Shown: positions 62,901 through 64,000 of the stretch, piece after piece | Numbering within the stretch: position 1 is the stretch's first letter | Layout of the letters: every line of letters begins with the position of its first letter | Source of the DNA: Convolutriloba macropyga | Taxonomy: Eukaryota | Length of the DNA: 64,000 bases | Assembly (NCBI RefSeq): GCF_964194025.1 | Contig: NC_134474.1 | Coordinates: 65,534,001-65,598,000 of the forward strand | Direction of reading: 5' to 3' | Translations under genes and position numbers: made by a program | Notes under the pieces: generated by a model | The model's database searches: none | Told to the model about the DNA's origin: nothing | Seen by the model: the letters and a program-made list of their open reading frames with translations, nothing else

Positions 62901-63931
62901 CACGCTTGACTTCTTCATTTTTGAATGATCTAAGTTGCTCTCATTCTGAAATAAGGTTTGTTGCTAATTTAAAACTGATTGTGAGAGAAAGAGAAGTAAA
63001 GTCATTGTAGCGTAGTGCTTGTGTCAGACAGTTGTCCTAGAGGTTGTGGGTTCAAACACCTCTTGGGGTGGTTTTTTGCAACCTTAAAGAACTTCTAATC
63101 AACACCCCCATTAAATTAAATTACCCGGCCTGTCGTTCGAGATCAATTCGTCCGACGTTAGTCGGTTTATGTTTTGACTTCTTTGGATAGTTTTATCTGT
63201 TTAATTTACAGCGGTATTTATCGATTTCTCTCGAACGAGGCAATTATTTTAATCTGTAATATTTTTGGCGATTTTTCGCTTGACCGATTTTTTGTCTGGC
63301 GCTTTGACTTTTTTTGTCTTCAAAAACGGGATAAACTGGTCGCCCGTGGAGGGCACAAAGTGGCTGAGCAGCTCTCTTAGAGCCTTTACCCTTTACTAGT
63401 CTCAGATTCACCGAAATTGTTTTCAGGAACTGTTTTTTGTGTGAAGGGCTGTTCTGAACCTTAAATATTTGAGCCCTCTCAGTCAACCCCCCCCCCCCCC
63501 CCCCACCGAACTCTCCGTCCACGCTCCTCCACCTGGCGATTTGGACACCTTACTTCTTCAGCCCTCCCAACCCTACCCCCATAGCCTGACCACCCCACCC
63601 TACCCCCATCGCCTGAACACCACCCCTCTAATGCTAACATCCCTACGCCCCGGCTGGTTTCTACCGAAGCCAACAGCTCGACAGTTTGAGATCAATTCGC
63701 CCGACATAGTCGGTTAAGTTTTAATTTAAAAAAACAGACGAAAATGTACTGATTGAAGATTTGTTCTGTTGAAGGTTCTTTATCAATCCAGCTATGAAAA
63801 GTGTCGAATTTGGAGATGTCAGTTCGAGGAAGCAGCTCAAAGAGGACCTCAAGTGCAAGTCATTCAACTGGTACATCAAAAATGTCTGGCCAGAGTCCAG
63901 TTATAACCTAGATGTCCGATACTTGGGCCAA
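38587..63931 (+). CDS. GALNT: Polypeptide N-acetylgalactosaminyltransferase (GT27, GALNT1/13-like), 3'-incomplete. Exons 38587-38917, 40028-40220, 50318-50484, 50784-50979, 57531-57713, 61251-61368, 61849-62012, 63775-63931
   Basis: Type II TM ([19 protein letters not shown]), [47 protein letters not shown] (DxH), [66 protein letters not shown]. All seven introns are GT-AG and phase-compatible. Confidence 0.93.
39039..39204. mobile_element. MITE of the GGATCTTTTC family; a truncated sister copy lies at ~39434-39582
   Basis: TIR GGATCTTTTCTGTTT / AAACAGAATAGATCC; TSD CGGAATCG / CGAAATCG. Confidence 0.75.
40028..40220 (+). CDS. GALNT: GALNT coding exon 2
   Basis: TTTCAG acceptor; PGERGMGV...[22 protein letters not shown]; donor GTCAGT. 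Confidence 0.9.
40501..40943. mobile_element. 443-bp MITE with 9-bp TSD (MULE-like), nested in a family-B Helentron-like copy starting at ~40328
   Basis: TSD ACTAGACAA (40492-40500 and 40944-40952); imperfect ~23-bp TIRs; subterminal AAGAGCCGA repeats inverted at the two ends. Confidence 0.75.
41191..41398 (+). mobile_element. Short family-B Helentron/DINE-like element; an extra 5' end lies at ~41144
   Basis: 5' AATTGCTCTTGAACGAAGTTCACAGCAATT; 3' GAGAGCAATT followed by CCGAC...TCGG and TTTATGTTT. Confidence 0.65.
45457..49876. repeat. Tandem triplication (units ~1657, ~1105 and ~1658 bp) containing GGGTCTTTCCC-family MITEs
   Basis: CCGCGAAGTTTTTGTGC..GACTAAAGTCGTAGTCGTACG starts at ~45457, 47115 and 48219. 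The middle unit is internally deleted. MITE 46358-46468 has TSD GAAAATCC / GAAAATGC. Confidence 0.92.
50318..50484 (+). CDS. GALNT: GALNT coding exon 3
   Basis: [24 protein letters not shown]...EIILVDDAS; AG/GT boundaries. Confidence 0.93.
50784..50979 (+). CDS. GALNT: GALNT coding exon 4 (DxH motif)
   Basis: HLKDKL...[36 protein letters not shown]; too short for the ORF track. Confidence 0.93.
51102..57243 (+). mobile_element. Nested pair of family-A Helentron/DINE-like elements (outer 51102-57243, inner 56252-57157)
   Basis: Outer subTIRs AAGAGCCGCC / GGCGGCTATT (57209); inner subTIRs AATAGCCGCA / TGCGGCTATT (57125). Each 3' subTIR is followed by a GCAATCTGC hairpin. Confidence 0.75.
51150..56545. 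repeat. Tandem array of ~1287-bp units (~4.2 copies, nearly identical) in GALNT intron 4
   Basis: TTACAATTCAAAGAATTTGAATTGTATTGGGGCGC at ~51153, 52438, 53725, 55015 and 56302. Differences are mostly homopolymer lengths. Confidence 0.96.
57531..57713 (+). CDS. GALNT: GALNT coding exon 5
   Basis: [21 protein letters not shown]...[11 protein letters not shown]...PVR. Confidence 0.92.
57986..59340 (+). mobile_element. Family-B Helentron/DINE-like element, ~1.35 kb
   Basis: Perfect 15-bp subTIR pair AATTGCTCTCAAACG / CGTTTGAGAGCAATT (59303-59317), followed by hairpin CCGGACGTTAGTCGG. T-rich flanks and no TSD. Confidence 0.8.
60844..61240 (+). mobile_element. Family-B Helentron/DINE-like element (~400 bp) with an internal tRNA-like cassette
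   Basis: subTIRs AATTGCACTTGAACGA / TCGTTCAAGGGCAATT (15/16 match) and a 3' hairpin CCGAC..GACGG. Confidence 0.75.
61068..61143 (+). other. tRNA-derived Pol III cassette (A box, B box, T-run); not a canonical tRNA
   Basis: TAGCGTAGTGG (61074-61084), GGTTCGAATCC (61111-61121) and T6 at 61138-61143. No convincing anticodon or acceptor stems. Confidence 0.65.
61251..61368 (+). CDS. GALNT: GALNT coding exon 6 (Gal/GalNAc-T motif)
   Basis: [39 protein letters not shown]. Confidence 0.95.
61849..62012 (+). CDS. GALNT: GALNT coding exon 7
   Basis: [31 protein letters not shown]...[13 protein letters not shown]. Confidence 0.95.
62773..63172 (+). mobile_element. Family-B Helentron/DINE-like element (~400 bp) with a degenerate tRNA-like cassette at 63001-63077
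   Basis: subTIRs AATTGCTCTCGAGCGA / TCGTTCGAGATCAATT, hairpin CCGACGTTAGTCGG, A box TAGCGTAGTGC, B box GGTTCAAAC and T6. Confidence 0.75.
63222..63720 (+). mobile_element. Family-B Helentron/DINE-like element with C-rich cargo
   Basis: 5' GATTTCTCTCGAACGAGGCAATT; 3' GTTTGAGATCAATT followed by hairpin CCGACATAGTCGG. Confidence 0.65.
63775..63931 (+). CDS. GALNT: GALNT coding exon 8 (end of the catalytic domain)
   Basis: [40 protein letters not shown]...LGQ; donor GTAAGT at 63932. Confidence 0.93.
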
Positions 63932-64000
63932 GTAAGTTAAAAAAAATTTGAGATAAATACCATAAACATGGGCCATAGCCGTTCATAGACAGAATATTTA

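Overview
This is an AT-rich, intron-containing eukaryotic window, very probably from a metazoan; the species cannot be determined from the sequence. Three host genes are recognisable, all on the + strand: a two-exon mitochondrial ribosomal protein S21 gene (3942-4433), an uninterrupted Bin3/MePCE 7SK methylphosphate capping enzyme ORF (13797-14750), and the first eight coding exons of a GALNT1/13-like polypeptide GalNAc-transferase (38587-63931, lectin domain beyond the window). The rest is mostly mobile and repetitive DNA. It includes a 5'-truncated BEL/Pao LTR retrotransposon with one clean LTR, flanked by a perfect 118-bp duplication and carrying a Gly-rich repeat insert in pol. There are two dead CR1/L2-group LINEs, and several MITEs with 8- or 9-bp TSDs. 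Two families of non-autonomous Helentron/DINE-1-like elements (subTIR plus 3' hairpin) are present, and two copies carry a tRNA-like Pol III cassette. There are four kb-scale tandem arrays; the 51-57 kb array can be reconstructed as a nested Helentron-like insertion followed by amplification. All calls come from manual reading; no searches were run.
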